From positions 15,473 through 79,472 of the forward strand of contig JACQSC010000002.1 of assembly GCA_016206155.1 (NCBI GenBank): DNA of 64,000 nucleotides, read 5' to 3'. Made by a program: the position numbers and the translations under genes. Origin of the DNA: Candidatus Uhrbacteria bacterium (GTDB lineage: Bacteria; Patescibacteriota; Patescibacteriia; JACQRZ01). Of this stretch, positions 1 through 9,425 are shown piece by piece. The notes below the pieces were generated by a model. The model saw nothing but the letters and a program-made list of their open reading frames with translations, was not told the origin of the DNA and ran no database searches. Within the stretch, counting starts at the first letter, position 1. Each line of letters opens with the position of its first letter.

Positions 1-95
1 TCCTCAGAGCATATTCCTTTGTTCTTTTTCTCAATTCGTTCTTATCCATAAAGTCTAAAGTTGAAAGTTGAAAGTTAATACGCTATAATCCTACC

Positions 96-1448
96 ATGAA
101 CACCAGCATCTTCAAAGCATACGACATTCGCGGTATTGTTCCATCAGAAATCAACGCGCAAACCGCGGTGCATATCGGCCGCGCGTTCGCAACCTTCCTT
201 CGGCGGGAAACCGGCAAGAAGCGGATTGCCATTGCGGTTGGACAGGACAATCGCGTCCACTCGCCTGAGTTATTTTCCGCGCTCGTTTCCGGCCTTGTTT
301 CCGCTGGTGCGGACGTTGTTGACATCGGCCTTGCGTCCACGCCATTTTTTTACTTCGCGGTTTCGCACCTTCGTCTCGATGGCGGAATCAACGTCACCGC
401 ATCGCACAATCCTCCTGAGTATAACGGTTTCAAATGCGTACGCAAAAACGCCGAACCAATCGGCGTTGAAACGGGCTTGCGTGAAATTCAAGCGCTGTTT
501 GAAAAAAGCAGCGCGCGCGTTAGTGTCCGGAACGTCATGGATGAATACATCCAAAAAAATCTCAAACTCGCGCCAGTCGGCGATTGGTCAGGGCTCCGCG
601 TCGCTATTGATACCGGCAACGGCGTCTCCGCGCTCATGATCAAAGATCTGATCGCCGCGACAGGGCTTGCGGTCATACCATTATATTTTGAACTCGACGG
701 CACGTTCCCCAATCACATGCCCAATCCACTCAAAGAAGAAAATATCGCCGCCTTAAAGAAAACCGTTGTCGACGAGAAGTGCTCATGTGGCATAGCGCTT
801 GACGCCGACGGTGACCGCTCAATTTTCATCAATGAAAAGGGAGACGTGGTTCCCTCGGATCTCTTGACGGCGCTTGTCGCCGGACTCTTGCTCAAAAAAA
901 ATCCCGGTGAAAAAATCTGCTATGACGCAACATCAAGCTGGACAACTCGCGAGGTCATCAAAGAGTGCGGAGGCGTCCCGATCATCTCGCGCGTAGGCCA
1001 TTCTTTTATCAAAGAAACAATGCGCAATGAACATATTCTGTTCGCCGGGGAGCGGAGCGGGCATTTCTATTTCCGCTTTAGCAACCTTGGCTATTTTGAA
1101 GCGCCGCTCCTTGTCATGATCGCGGTCCTCAACCACATGGCAGAGACCAACCAACCGCTTTCCACCATTATGGCGCCGTTGCAGCGCTATTTTGCAACCG
1201 GAGAAATAAATTTTGAAGTGCACGACAAAAGTGCGGCGATGAAAAAAGTTGAAGAGCGCTATGCTGATGCAAAAAGCGTTTCATATCTTGATGGCATCAC
1301 CGTGGAATATGACGATTGGTGGCTCAATCTTCGCCCATCAAACACCGAGCCGTTATTGCGGCTGAATCTCGAAGCGCGTACCGCTGAATTGCGCGACAGC
1401 AAACTCCGAGAGCTCACCGTGCTCATAACGAAGAATCAGGAATTATGA
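96..1448 (+). CDS. phosphoglucomutase/phosphomannomutase family protein (alpha-D-phosphohexomutase)
   Basis: Full-length ORF. N-terminal 'FKAYDIRG' and the active-site phosphoserine loop 'TASHNPPEYNGFK' are typical of PGM/PMM/GlmM enzymes. Confidence 0.85.
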   Translation: MNTSIFKAYDIRGIVPSEINAQTAVHIGRAFATFLRRETGKKRIAIAVGQDNRVHSPELFSALVSGLVSAGADVVDIGLASTPFFYFAVSHLRLDGGINVTASHNPPEYNGFKCVRKNAEPIGVETGLREIQALFEKSSARVSVRNVMDEYIQKNLKLAPVGDWSGLRVAIDTGNGVSALMIKDLIAATGLAVIPLYFELDGTFPNHMPNPLKEENIAALKKTVVDEKCSCGIALDADGDRSIFINEKGDVVPSDLLTALVAGLLLKKNPGEKICYDATSSWTTREVIKECGGVPIISRVGHSFIKETMRNEHILFAGERSGHFYFRFSNLGYFEAPLLVMIAVLNHMAETNQPLSTIMAPLQRYFATGEINFEVHDKSAAMKKVEERYADAKSVSYLDGITVEYDDWWLNLRPSNTEPLLRLNLEARTAELRDSKLRELTVLITKNQEL

Positions 1449-1597
1449 ATCAAGAATTAAGCAAGAAAATGCAATCATTTACTGATTTCAGAGCATGGCT
1501 AGAAGGTCATGTGTTTGTTCTCATAAAATTACGAATGGCTTAATCAAGGGCACAAAAACAATCATTCGTAATTCTTAATTCGTAATTCATAATTCTG
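1440..1597. mobile_element. MITE-like repeat, copy A: AT-rich heptamer-repeat termini around a ~110 bp core; carries a 32-codon ORF (1445..1543) overlapping the mutase stop as ATGA
   Basis: Termini 'gaattatgaatcaagaattaag' and 'attcgtaattcttaattcgtaattcataattc' are inverted heptamer arrays. The core reappears reverse-complemented at 3431..3674. Confidence 0.6.
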
Positions 1598-1598
1598 C

Positions 1599-2411
1599 AT
1601 GACCATCGGCGTATTCGATTCTGGTATCGGGGGACTCACGGTGTTAAAGCACCTAGTGCGTGTGTTGCCTGAATACGACATGCTCTACCTGGGCGATAAT
1701 GCGCGGGCGCCCTACGGTGACCGATCCGCGGATCGCATATATGAGTTCACTCAGCAAGCGGTTGCTCATCTTTTTGAAGAAGGGTGCGCGCTGGTTATCC
1801 TTGCGTGCAACACCGCCTCATCCGAAGCTCTGCGCCGACTGCAACAAGAGTTCCTGCCGTCACACTTTCCCGACCGGCGGATCTTGGGCATTCTTATACC
1901 CGCGGCGGAACTCATTGAAAAAAAATACGCGCAGAAGAACATTGGCATTATCGGAACGCGCGCAACCGTGCAATCAAACGCGTATCTTCGCGAGATTGAA
2001 AAACGCGGCATGGCGCAAAAAAAAGTTACTCAAATCCCGTGCCCCCTATTAGTCCCATTGATTGAAGAGGGGTGGCAGGATACACCGCCCGGCCGGCAGA
2101 TCCTAAAAAAATACCTCTACCCGCTCAAGCAAAAACAGGTTGATGTTTTGGTCCTTGGCTGCACGCACTACGCGCTCATCAAGGATCGCGTTGCCCGAAT
2201 TATGGGAAAGAAGGTCGCCGTCATAGATACCGGATCCGCGGCGGCCGCATCATTAAAAAAATATCTATCCTGTCATCCCGAAATTGAAAAAACTCTCTCA
2301 AAAAACAGCGCCGTCCGCCTACTCTCAACCGATACGTCCGAGCGCATTTGCAGCCTCGTTCAGCGTTATTGGGGTAGCGCGCTGCCAATAGAACAAATTA
2401 CCCTTGAGTAA
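1599..2411 (+). CDS. murI: glutamate racemase
   Basis: Motifs 'VFDSGIGGLTV', 'LACNTAS' and 'LGCTHY' are the two catalytic-Cys regions of MurI. Confidence 0.9.
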   Translation: MTIGVFDSGIGGLTVLKHLVRVLPEYDMLYLGDNARAPYGDRSADRIYEFTQQAVAHLFEEGCALVILACNTASSEALRRLQQEFLPSHFPDRRILGILIPAAELIEKKYAQKNIGIIGTRATVQSNAYLREIEKRGMAQKKVTQIPCPLLVPLIEEGWQDTPPGRQILKKYLYPLKQKQVDVLVLGCTHYALIKDRVARIMGKKVAVIDTGSAAAASLKKYLSCHPEIEKTLSKNSAVRLLSTDTSERICSLVQRYWGSALPIEQITLE

Positions 2412-2412
2412 T

Positions 2413-2440
2413 ATGTTCGACATCAGATGTCGAACATTTG
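2413..2440. terminator. bidirectional hairpin terminator between convergent murI and trpS
   Basis: Perfect 11 bp inverted repeat 'atgttcgacat cag atgtcgaacat' sitting between two convergent stop codons. Confidence 0.5.
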
Positions 2441-2443
2441 GTG

Positions 2444-3424
2444 TCACTCATAGAGACCGATGCGTCTTTTAATCATGATCATTTTTTTCTCAGCGTGCTT
2501 CTTCGCGCGCGATGCGCCATCGGCGAGAAGGGCGCGCAGATTATTCTCATCCCCTCGATACTGCCCATAGCGTTCCTGAACGGGTGCAAGAAACTCAATT
2601 AGGACTCTTGCAAGGCCATCCTTAAACTCTTTGTACCCTCCTTGGGCATACGCTTTTTCAATATCGGATATCGCTTGGCCAGAGAGCAGATGATAGATGG
2701 TCAAAAGATTGGCGAGCGCCGGTTTCTTCTTTGCGTCAAAGAGGATCTCGCGCCCCGAATCCGTTACGGCACGCTTGATTTTTTTCTTCACTAAGTCAGG
2801 CGTATCAGAAAGAGCGATATATCCATCGACCGATCCTGTCTTCTCCATTTTTTTAGCAGGGTTGTCTAGCGCCATAACGCGCGCGCCATGTTTCATGAGC
2901 ATGCTTTTAGGCACCGTGAACGTCTCGCCAAAACGCCCATTGAAGCGCCGCGCAAGCTCGCGCACAAGTTCAACGTGCTGTTTTTGGTCTTCGCCAACGG
3001 GTACGCCCTCAGTATCATAGAGAAGAATATCGGAAGCCATCAAGACGGGATAGTCAAACAAACCCATATTGATGTTGTCAGGGTTGCTCTTGCTCTTCTC
3101 TTTGAACTGGTGCATTGCTTTTAGCTCGGAAATTTTTGCAATGGTGTTCAGTATCCAGCCTAACTCCGCGTGCGCCGAAACGTGCGATTGCACAAAGAGC
3201 GTACTCTTCTTCGGGTCGAGACCAAGCGCGAGATACCATGCCGCCGCGTCAAGCGTGCGCCTCCGCAATTCGGAAGGGTCAATCGCTACGGTCAACGCGT
3301 GAAGATCGACAACGCAATAGATGCACTCATGCGCATCTTGCAGCGCTATCCATTGAGAGAGAGCGCCGATGTAATTGCCGAGATGCAGATCGCCGGATGG
3401 CTTGATGCCGGAAAAAATTCGCAT
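2444..3424 (-). CDS. trpS: tryptophan--tRNA ligase
   Basis: N-terminal 'GIKPSGDLHLGNYIGA' is the class I HIGH region. Size and overall layout fit TrpS. Confidence 0.9.
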   Translation of the reverse strand: MRIFSGIKPSGDLHLGNYIGALSQWIALQDAHECIYCVVDLHALTVAIDPSELRRRTLDAAAWYLALGLDPKKSTLFVQSHVSAHAELGWILNTIAKISELKAMHQFKEKSKSNPDNINMGLFDYPVLMASDILLYDTEGVPVGEDQKQHVELVRELARRFNGRFGETFTVPKSMLMKHGARVMALDNPAKKMEKTGSVDGYIALSDTPDLVKKKIKRAVTDSGREILFDAKKKPALANLLTIYHLLSGQAISDIEKAYAQGGYKEFKDGLARVLIEFLAPVQERYGQYRGDENNLRALLADGASRAKKHAEKKMIMIKRRIGLYE

Positions 3425-3430
3425 AGGTTG

Positions 3431-3674
3431 GAATTAAGAATCAAGAATTACGAATTAAGAATTACGAATGATTGACTTCGTGCCCTTGATTAACCATTCG
3501 TAATTTTATGAGAACAAACACATGACCTTCTAGCCATGCTCTAAGATCAGTAAACGATTGTATCTTATTCCTGCTTAATTCTTGATTCATAATTCTTAAT
3601 TCTTCATTCTTGAGATCAGTAAACGATTGTATCTTATTCCTGCTTAATTCTTGATTCATAATTCTTAATTCTTC
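3431..3674. mobile_element. MITE-like repeat, copy A', inverted relative to 1440..1597, with an internal ~65 bp tandem duplication (3545..3613 and 3614..3674)
   Basis: 'ccattcgtaattttatgagaacaaacacatgaccttctagccatgctc' is the exact reverse complement of the copy A core. The unit 'gatcagtaaacgattgtatcttattcctgcttaattcttgattcataattcttaattcttc' occurs twice in tandem. Confidence 0.6.
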
Positions 3675-3720
3675 GTACTATACAGAGTAGATAATAATAG
3701 AGCGCCAACGCCTCCTTAGA

Positions 3721-5613
3721 TTAAACCTTGATAATCACCGGCAATACCATCGGCCGTTTCTCAGTGCGTTTGAATAGAAGCAATCCGACATCATCGCGAA
3801 TACGGTTGCGCACCGGCGACCAATTCTCAACATCATTGCAGGTATATCCGTCAACAAGCTTGCGCACCATACCGCGCACTTCGGCGATCAAGCGCTCGGA
3901 TGTCTTAACATAGACGAATCCGCGAGAAATAATATCGGGAGATCCCACAAGCTTTCCGTCCTTGTCAACGGCGGCAATAACCACAACCATGCCATCTTGT
4001 GCCAACACCTTGCGCTCACGCAGGACAACGTGCTCAATATCGCCAACGCCCAACCCATCAACCATCACGTTGTCAACTTTAATTTTTTCAGGGCTGATGC
4101 GTGCCGTTCCCGTCTGATCAAATTCAATTATCGTTCCGATGCCGATAACAAAAAGCGATCGGTCGTCCCACCCCATGGTTCGTGCGAGCTCGGCGTGGTG
4201 CACAAGCATATATCGCTCGCCGTGGATCGGCATAAAGTATCGCGGACGAACCAATCCAAGCATCAACTTCAGCTCCTCGCGATATCCGTGGCCCGAGGTG
4301 TGCACGTCAAACATCTTGTTATAAATCACGTTTGCGCCAAGGGTGTACAACTCGTTCATGAGATTGGTCACCGCACGCTCATTGCCCGGAATCGGCGAAG
4401 ATGAAAGGATGATCGTATCCTTGGGCTGAATCTTCACGTGCTTATGTTCGCCTTTTGACATCCGCACCAACGATGATGTCTCCTGTCCCTGGCTTCCGGT
4501 AGACAAAATAACGACGCGCTCATCGGGAACGTTCCTCAGTTGGTCAATTTTTATCAGCGTTCCGCGCGGCATTTTCAAATATCCCAAGTTTGCGGCGGTG
4601 GTGAGCACTTTTTCCATACTCATACCAGACACTGCCACTTTACGATTCAGATCAACGGCGGCATTGATAACTTGCTGAATGCGACTGATGAGGGAGGAAA
4701 ACGTGGAGACGATAATACGGCCCGGGGCCTTTGCGAGAAGAGATTCAAGGTTTGCTTGAATGTCTTTCTCAGACTGACAATATCCCGGCACCTCCGCGCG
4801 CGTGCTATCAGAACACAACAACAACACTCCCTCTTCGCCGAGCCTGGCAATTTTCCCAAACTCTGTCGGACGCTGATCCTGCGGAGTGTGGTCAAACTTC
4901 CAGTCACCGGTATGGATAATGGTGCCAACCGGCGTGCGCACCGCAACGCCAACGCTATCGGGAATATTGTGGTTGACACGGAAAAAGTTGAGGCGAAAAA
5001 CGCCCAGCTGCAATGAGTCATCAGGATGAACCTCGATACAGCGCACATGGCGCGTCAAATTAAACTCTTCCAGTCGGTCACGAAGCATGCCAAGCGTCAA
5101 ACGGGTGCCATAGACCGGCGGAGACCCAATATCCTTAATAAGATAGGGAATGGCCCCCATGTGGTCGAGATGGCCATGCGTGATGATAATACCTTTCAAT
5201 TTTCCCTTGTGCTGTTTGAGATACGACGTATCGGGAATGACAAAGTCAATGCCTGGCATGTTCTCGGTGGGGAACATGACACCCATATCAATCACGACAG
5301 CGTCATTGCCATATTCAATGACCATCATATTACGACCAAACTCCCCGATCCCCCCAAGCGGAATCACGCGCAATTTGGCGTGGTCCAAGCGCGGCGCGCC
5401 TCTGCGACCGAGGCCTGATTGCCGTGGCACCCGGGTGCGCGAAACCACTTTTGGCCGCCCATATCCCCGCAATCGCGAGGACGCGTTTGATAATGATGCG
5501 CTTCTCGTCGCTACGGCGAGAGAGGCCGCTGGTTCAGAAACATGTTGTGCTTCCATGAAATAATGCTTTACAGCGTTATAAATAATACAGCTTTGATAGT
5601 AATCGACCATCAA
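3721..5613 (-). CDS. rnj: ribonuclease J (metallo-beta-lactamase/beta-CASP) with an Arg-rich N-terminal extension
   Basis: 'IPLGGIGEFGRNMMVIEYG', 'ITHGHLDHMGAIPYL' and a beta-CASP region. The true start is uncertain; MEAQ at 5556 or upstream are both possible. Confidence 0.8.
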   Translation of the reverse strand: MMVDYYQSCIIYNAVKHYFMEAQHVSEPAASLAVATRSASLSNASSRLRGYGRPKVVSRTRVPRQSGLGRRGAPRLDHAKLRVIPLGGIGEFGRNMMVIEYGNDAVVIDMGVMFPTENMPGIDFVIPDTSYLKQHKGKLKGIIITHGHLDHMGAIPYLIKDIGSPPVYGTRLTLGMLRDRLEEFNLTRHVRCIEVHPDDSLQLGVFRLNFFRVNHNIPDSVGVAVRTPVGTIIHTGDWKFDHTPQDQRPTEFGKIARLGEEGVLLLCSDSTRAEVPGYCQSEKDIQANLESLLAKAPGRIIVSTFSSLISRIQQVINAAVDLNRKVAVSGMSMEKVLTTAANLGYLKMPRGTLIKIDQLRNVPDERVVILSTGSQGQETSSLVRMSKGEHKHVKIQPKDTIILSSSPIPGNERAVTNLMNELYTLGANVIYNKMFDVHTSGHGYREELKLMLGLVRPRYFMPIHGERYMLVHHAELARTMGWDDRSLFVIGIGTIIEFDQTGTARISPEKIKVDNVMVDGLGVGDIEHVVLRERKVLAQDGMVVVIAAVDKDGKLVGSPDIISRGFVYVKTSERLIAEVRGMVRKLVDGYTCNDVENWSPVRNRIRDDVGLLLFKRTEKRPMVLPVIIKV

Positions 5614-5645
5614 AAGCCAGAATAATAGTTAAAGAAAATAGCAAT

Positions 5646-5729
5646 TGCCGCGGGTGGGACTCGAACCCACACATCCTTGCGAACACATGGCCCTGAACCA
5701 TGCGCGTCTACCAGTTTCGCCACCGCGGC
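5646..5729 (-). tRNA. tRNA-Leu (anticodon CAG)
   Basis: Cloverleaf: 7 bp acceptor stem GCCGCGG/CCGCGGC, anticodon stem CATGG/CCATG, loop TTCAGGG, long variable arm, T-loop GGTTCGAGTCC. No CCA is encoded. Confidence 0.85.
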
Positions 5730-5736
5730 ATAGATA

Positions 5737-7503
5737 TCAACGCTTCCATTGACGCTTCGATGTAATATACCACTTCGCGCTATCGCTAAAACGATCCGCG
5801 GGATAGGCAATGCGCCTATGATCAGAAACGCCCTTAATCTTTTTGCTCATCATCATACTGTGCGTTGGCGCGTAGAGAAAGATTGCCGGCATCTCCCGCG
5901 CAAGTATGTCCTGAAATGTTCGATAGAGCTCCGCTCGCTTTGGAGCATCTGCGGTTACACGAGCGTTTTCGAGCAATGCGTCCGCCTCCTTGTTGGCAAA
6001 CTTTGAAAGATTCAATCCCGGCGCATTCGCCTGTGATGAATGCCAAAATGGATACAGGTCCGGATCAGAGCCCACAACCGCTCCATATAAAAGTATATCG
6101 TATTTTCGGGGATTCAGCACGAGCTCCTTCATTGTTCCTTGCGGCTCGTAGGTCAATGCCACCGTTATACCCATACGCTCCCACATTTCCTTGATGATTT
6201 CGGCAATGCGCGCGCGCTCTGGCGTATCGACGGTCGCCAATTCAAGAATGAGTCCGCGCTTTCCTTCTTCATCCTTTTTCAATCCGGCTTCATCAAGCAG
6301 TTCCTCGGCTCGCTTTATATCATAGGGATACTTTTTTATATCGGCATGATACCCCAAAAGTCCCTCGGGGATTGCCGAATGAATCACGCTTCCCTCGCCG
6401 GCCACACCCTCCAAAACCAGTTGTTCTTTATCAAGCGCGAGCGCCAGCGCGCTGCGTACCGGCGCGCGTGCAAGCTCTTTTTTCCCTTCGTTGTTGATGA
6501 ACAGCGCGGTATATTGCGGTAGTGAAAGGCTATACGAATAAAGTCCCCCCTCGCGAGAAAGCGTTTCTCTAAATTCGCGCGGCACGAAGCTCACTCCTTG
6601 TACGTGACCATTCTTCAAGCCCTGGACCGCTGTCTGCATATCGGGATAAAACTTAAATATGAACTTTTCGATATGCGGCTTCTCGCCATAAAAAGTATCG
6701 TTGCGCGAGAGCGTATACGAACGAATTGTGCCGTCTTTTTCTTTTTGGAGGGAGCGGAATTTCCACGGACCGGTACCGACCGGCTTTATGTTCAGCGCCG
6801 AAAGAGGAAACTGTTCATTGGATAGCTCCCGCCACAGATGCTCTGGCAGAATAGGGAGGGTGGCGAGATCCAAAAATGGCGCGAACGGCTTTTGAAGCGT
6901 AAATACAACCGTTCTGGAATCCGTTTTTTTTACGGTGATATCTTTGTAGCTGGCGTAGAGCGTGCTTTTTATATCAGTATCCTGCACTTTTGCCATGGTG
7001 AAAAGAACGTCTTGCGCGGTAAATGGCTCCCCGTCATGCCACGTCACTCCCTCGCGCAGGATAAAGGTATACTCTTTCTGATCATCGGAAATCTTCACTC
7101 CCTCGGCCAAGTCGGGAACAAGCTTGCGATCCGGAGTATAATGCATCAAGCCTGAATATACGAGACCAACAAGATCGCGGTCACTATCGTTCGTCAGGAG
7201 GAAAAGAGGATTGATCGCGCTTGGTGATCCCACCAGCCCCTCGCTGTACGTTCCTCCAGACCGCGGCACCTCAACGGTCAACGCCTGATACGCTTTTCCC
7301 GAAAGAAAAACAGCATTGATAAGCACAATAATTCCGAGAACCTGCACCAGACGATATTCTCGCCGAGAAAGAATCCGATGTAGATATTTCAGCTTGCGTA
7401 GTGAAAAATTTTTCTTCCCGGAGAGCGATCCAGCGAGCTGAACGTCAAGCGTCACGTGCGAGGTGTCTCGATTTCTCCAGAACTGTGGTGAAAAAAATGA
7501 CAT
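5737..7503 (-). CDS. ABC transporter substrate-binding protein, family 5 (peptide/nickel type), membrane-anchored
   Basis: N-terminal TM segment followed by a solute-binding family 5 sized domain; overall composition resembles OppA/DppA. Weaker than a motif-based call. Confidence 0.6.
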   Translation of the reverse strand: MSFFSPQFWRNRDTSHVTLDVQLAGSLSGKKNFSLRKLKYLHRILSRREYRLVQVLGIIVLINAVFLSGKAYQALTVEVPRSGGTYSEGLVGSPSAINPLFLLTNDSDRDLVGLVYSGLMHYTPDRKLVPDLAEGVKISDDQKEYTFILREGVTWHDGEPFTAQDVLFTMAKVQDTDIKSTLYASYKDITVKKTDSRTVVFTLQKPFAPFLDLATLPILPEHLWRELSNEQFPLSALNIKPVGTGPWKFRSLQKEKDGTIRSYTLSRNDTFYGEKPHIEKFIFKFYPDMQTAVQGLKNGHVQGVSFVPREFRETLSREGGLYSYSLSLPQYTALFINNEGKKELARAPVRSALALALDKEQLVLEGVAGEGSVIHSAIPEGLLGYHADIKKYPYDIKRAEELLDEAGLKKDEEGKRGLILELATVDTPERARIAEIIKEMWERMGITVALTYEPQGTMKELVLNPRKYDILLYGAVVGSDPDLYPFWHSSQANAPGLNLSKFANKEADALLENARVTADAPKRAELYRTFQDILAREMPAIFLYAPTHSMMMSKKIKGVSDHRRIAYPADRFSDSAKWYITSKRQWKR

Positions 7504-7511
7504 ACCCTGAT

Positions 7512-7545
7512 CGTAACTCGTAACTCGTAACTCGTAACTCGTACG
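7512..7545. repeat. tandem heptamer (cgtaact) x4.5, immediately upstream of the substrate-binding-protein start
   Basis: Read directly: 'cgtaactcgtaactcgtaactcgtaactcgtacg'. Confidence 0.9.
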
Positions 7546-7576
7546 AATGCTATTCAGGAAATATCAGTATGTTCTA

Positions 7577-7795
7577 TTATGCCAAAAATATGCGCGCAAG
7601 CGAAGATGCGAAAAAAATGATAGCAACACCGATAGTAACCATGAAAAGAATCTTTTCTACACCACGCTTTGCGCGATAGACGTTTCCCTCCCCGCCGAAT
7701 GCGCCCGAAAGGCCGGTACCACGTTGCTGCAGCAGAATACAAACAATCAGGAGGAGTCCGCTCACTGCCTGAATAATGGTCAATACTTGAATCAT
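7577..7795 (-). CDS. secG: preprotein translocase subunit SecG
   Basis: 72 aa with two TM helices and the 'LLQQRGTGLSGAFGG' Gly-rich loop typical of SecG. Confidence 0.7.
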   Translation of the reverse strand: MIQVLTIIQAVSGLLLIVCILLQQRGTGLSGAFGGEGNVYRAKRGVEKILFMVTIGVAIIFFASSLARIFLA

Positions 7796-7854
7796 GCCTT
7801 TTAGGGAATAGGTTTTAGGGAATAGTGACTAGTATAGGGCAAACGCTGAAAATG

Positions 7855-8754
7855 TCAACCCAAACGCTCGCCATCCATGCCCCGCAGACGCGCAATGCGA
7901 TCCTCAATCGGCGGATGCGTCGAGAAAAGGCGCATCATCCAATCTTTTGATCCCTTGAACGGATTTGAAAAATACAGGTGCGCGGTCGCGTGATTGGCGT
8001 GCACGAGAGGCCGTGTCTCTTGTCCGATCTTCTCAAGCGCTACGGCAAGCCCCTCGGGGTACCGCGTCGCCAGTGCGCCTGATGCGTCAGCCAAATATTC
8101 TCGCTGGCGGGAGACGGCAAGTTTAATCAACTCTGCAATAACCGGCGCAAGAATCATGAGCGCGAGGCCAATGATGAGCAGTGCGGGATGTCCGCCTTTT
8201 CCCCGATCATTATTTCCGCCAAAAAATTGCGCGCGAAACAACCAATCAGACAACAATACAATAACGCCAACCAGCACGACAACGATCGTCATGACCAATA
8301 TATCATAGTTCTTGACGTGGGAGAGTTCATGGGCGAGCACACCCTCGAGCTCCTCGTTCTCAAGTTTTTGAATCGCACCCGTAGTTACCGCAACAGAAGC
8401 ATGACGAGGATCTCGTCCCGTTGCAAATGCATTGATCGCCGGATCGTCGATGATATACAGCGCCGGCATGGGAAGGCCTTGGGCGATACAGAGATTTTCA
8501 ATCATGTTCCACGCATAGGGATTTTCATCTCTTGATGAAACCCGTTTTGCTCCCGATGAAGCAAGAGCAATCTTGTCGCCCGAGTAATAGGAAACAAGGG
8601 TCATAATCAAAGAAAGCGCGACGGCAGGCACAACGCCATACCATGGTGAACCGTAGAGATACCCAAAAATCGCTCCAATCCCCCAGATAATGAGGGTAAA
8701 AAGCGCGATAAGAAAAAATGTCTTTCGCTTGTTTGCGGTAATCTGATTATACAT
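7855..8754 (-). CDS. htpX: zinc metalloprotease HtpX
   Basis: HEXXH motif 'HELSHVKNYD', TM helices, M48 family architecture. Confidence 0.85.
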   Translation of the reverse strand: MYNQITANKRKTFFLIALFTLIIWGIGAIFGYLYGSPWYGVVPAVALSLIMTLVSYYSGDKIALASSGAKRVSSRDENPYAWNMIENLCIAQGLPMPALYIIDDPAINAFATGRDPRHASVAVTTGAIQKLENEELEGVLAHELSHVKNYDILVMTIVVVLVGVIVLLSDWLFRAQFFGGNNDRGKGGHPALLIIGLALMILAPVIAELIKLAVSRQREYLADASGALATRYPEGLAVALEKIGQETRPLVHANHATAHLYFSNPFKGSKDWMMRLFSTHPPIEDRIARLRGMDGERLG

Positions 8755-8807
8755 AAAAGCAGTTCGTAGTTCGTAGTTCTTCTTTCTGCGAACTCATCAA
8801 CCACGAA

Positions 8808-9371
8808 CTAAAACGCTATCTTGACTGGTTCTTTTGCCGCACCTTCGGTTAATTCAAAAAACTGCCGAGCAAAAAACCCGAGCATCCCCGCAATCACCGA
8901 GTTTGGAAACTGCTGAATCGCGGTATTGAAATCTCGAACATTCGTATTATAGAAGCGACGCGCCGCCTGAACCTTGTTCTCCGTATCAGAAAGCTCGTCC
9001 TGAAGGCGGAGAAAGTTCTGTGATGCTTTCAAATCAGGATAGTTTTCCGCGACGGCAAAAATGCTCTTGAGCGCTTCTGTCAGCATATTCTCCGCTTTTG
9101 CATGATCCTGCACCGATTGGGCGCCCATCGCCGCGACGCGCGCCTGTGTGACTGCCTCAAGCGTGCCGCGCTCGTGTTGCATGTAGCCCTTTACCGCTTC
9201 TACTAAATTCGGAATAAGGTCATAGCGTCGCTTCAACTGGACATCAATATCAGACCACGATTCGTCAACGCGATTGCGCCGTGTGATAAGACCGTTGAAC
9301 GTTGCGATGCCCCAGAGAATGACAACACCAAGAATAATGAGGATAATAATCAACAATTGGTCCATATACAT
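8808..9371 (-). CDS. lemA: LemA family protein
   Basis: N-terminal TM plus the LemA-typical 'DESWSDIDVQLKRRYDLIPNLVE'. Adjacent to htpX, a common pairing. Confidence 0.75.
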   Translation of the reverse strand: MYMDQLLIIILIILGVVILWGIATFNGLITRRNRVDESWSDIDVQLKRRYDLIPNLVEAVKGYMQHERGTLEAVTQARVAAMGAQSVQDHAKAENMLTEALKSIFAVAENYPDLKASQNFLRLQDELSDTENKVQAARRFYNTNVRDFNTAIQQFPNSVIAGMLGFFARQFFELTEGAAKEPVKIAF

Positions 9372-9425
9372 TTATGTTATGTCCTTATAATATAAGTATA
9401 GCACGATTTCCAGTTTGTGTAAATA

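Noticed and set aside
3462-3659. 65 aa ORF with an internally duplicated 'MNQELSRNKIQSFTDL' peptide
   Set aside because: It is produced by the tandem duplication inside the repeat element. Only the distal 3462..3587 part corresponds to the conserved mini-ORF and the duplicated N-terminus is a repeat artefact.
1440-3674. Possible CRISPR array, given the short direct repeats with AT-rich units
   Set aside because: Units are 7-mers in tandem and in inverted arrangement, with no unique spacers of 25 to 40 bp and no cas genes. They are tandem or hairpin repeats, not CRISPR.
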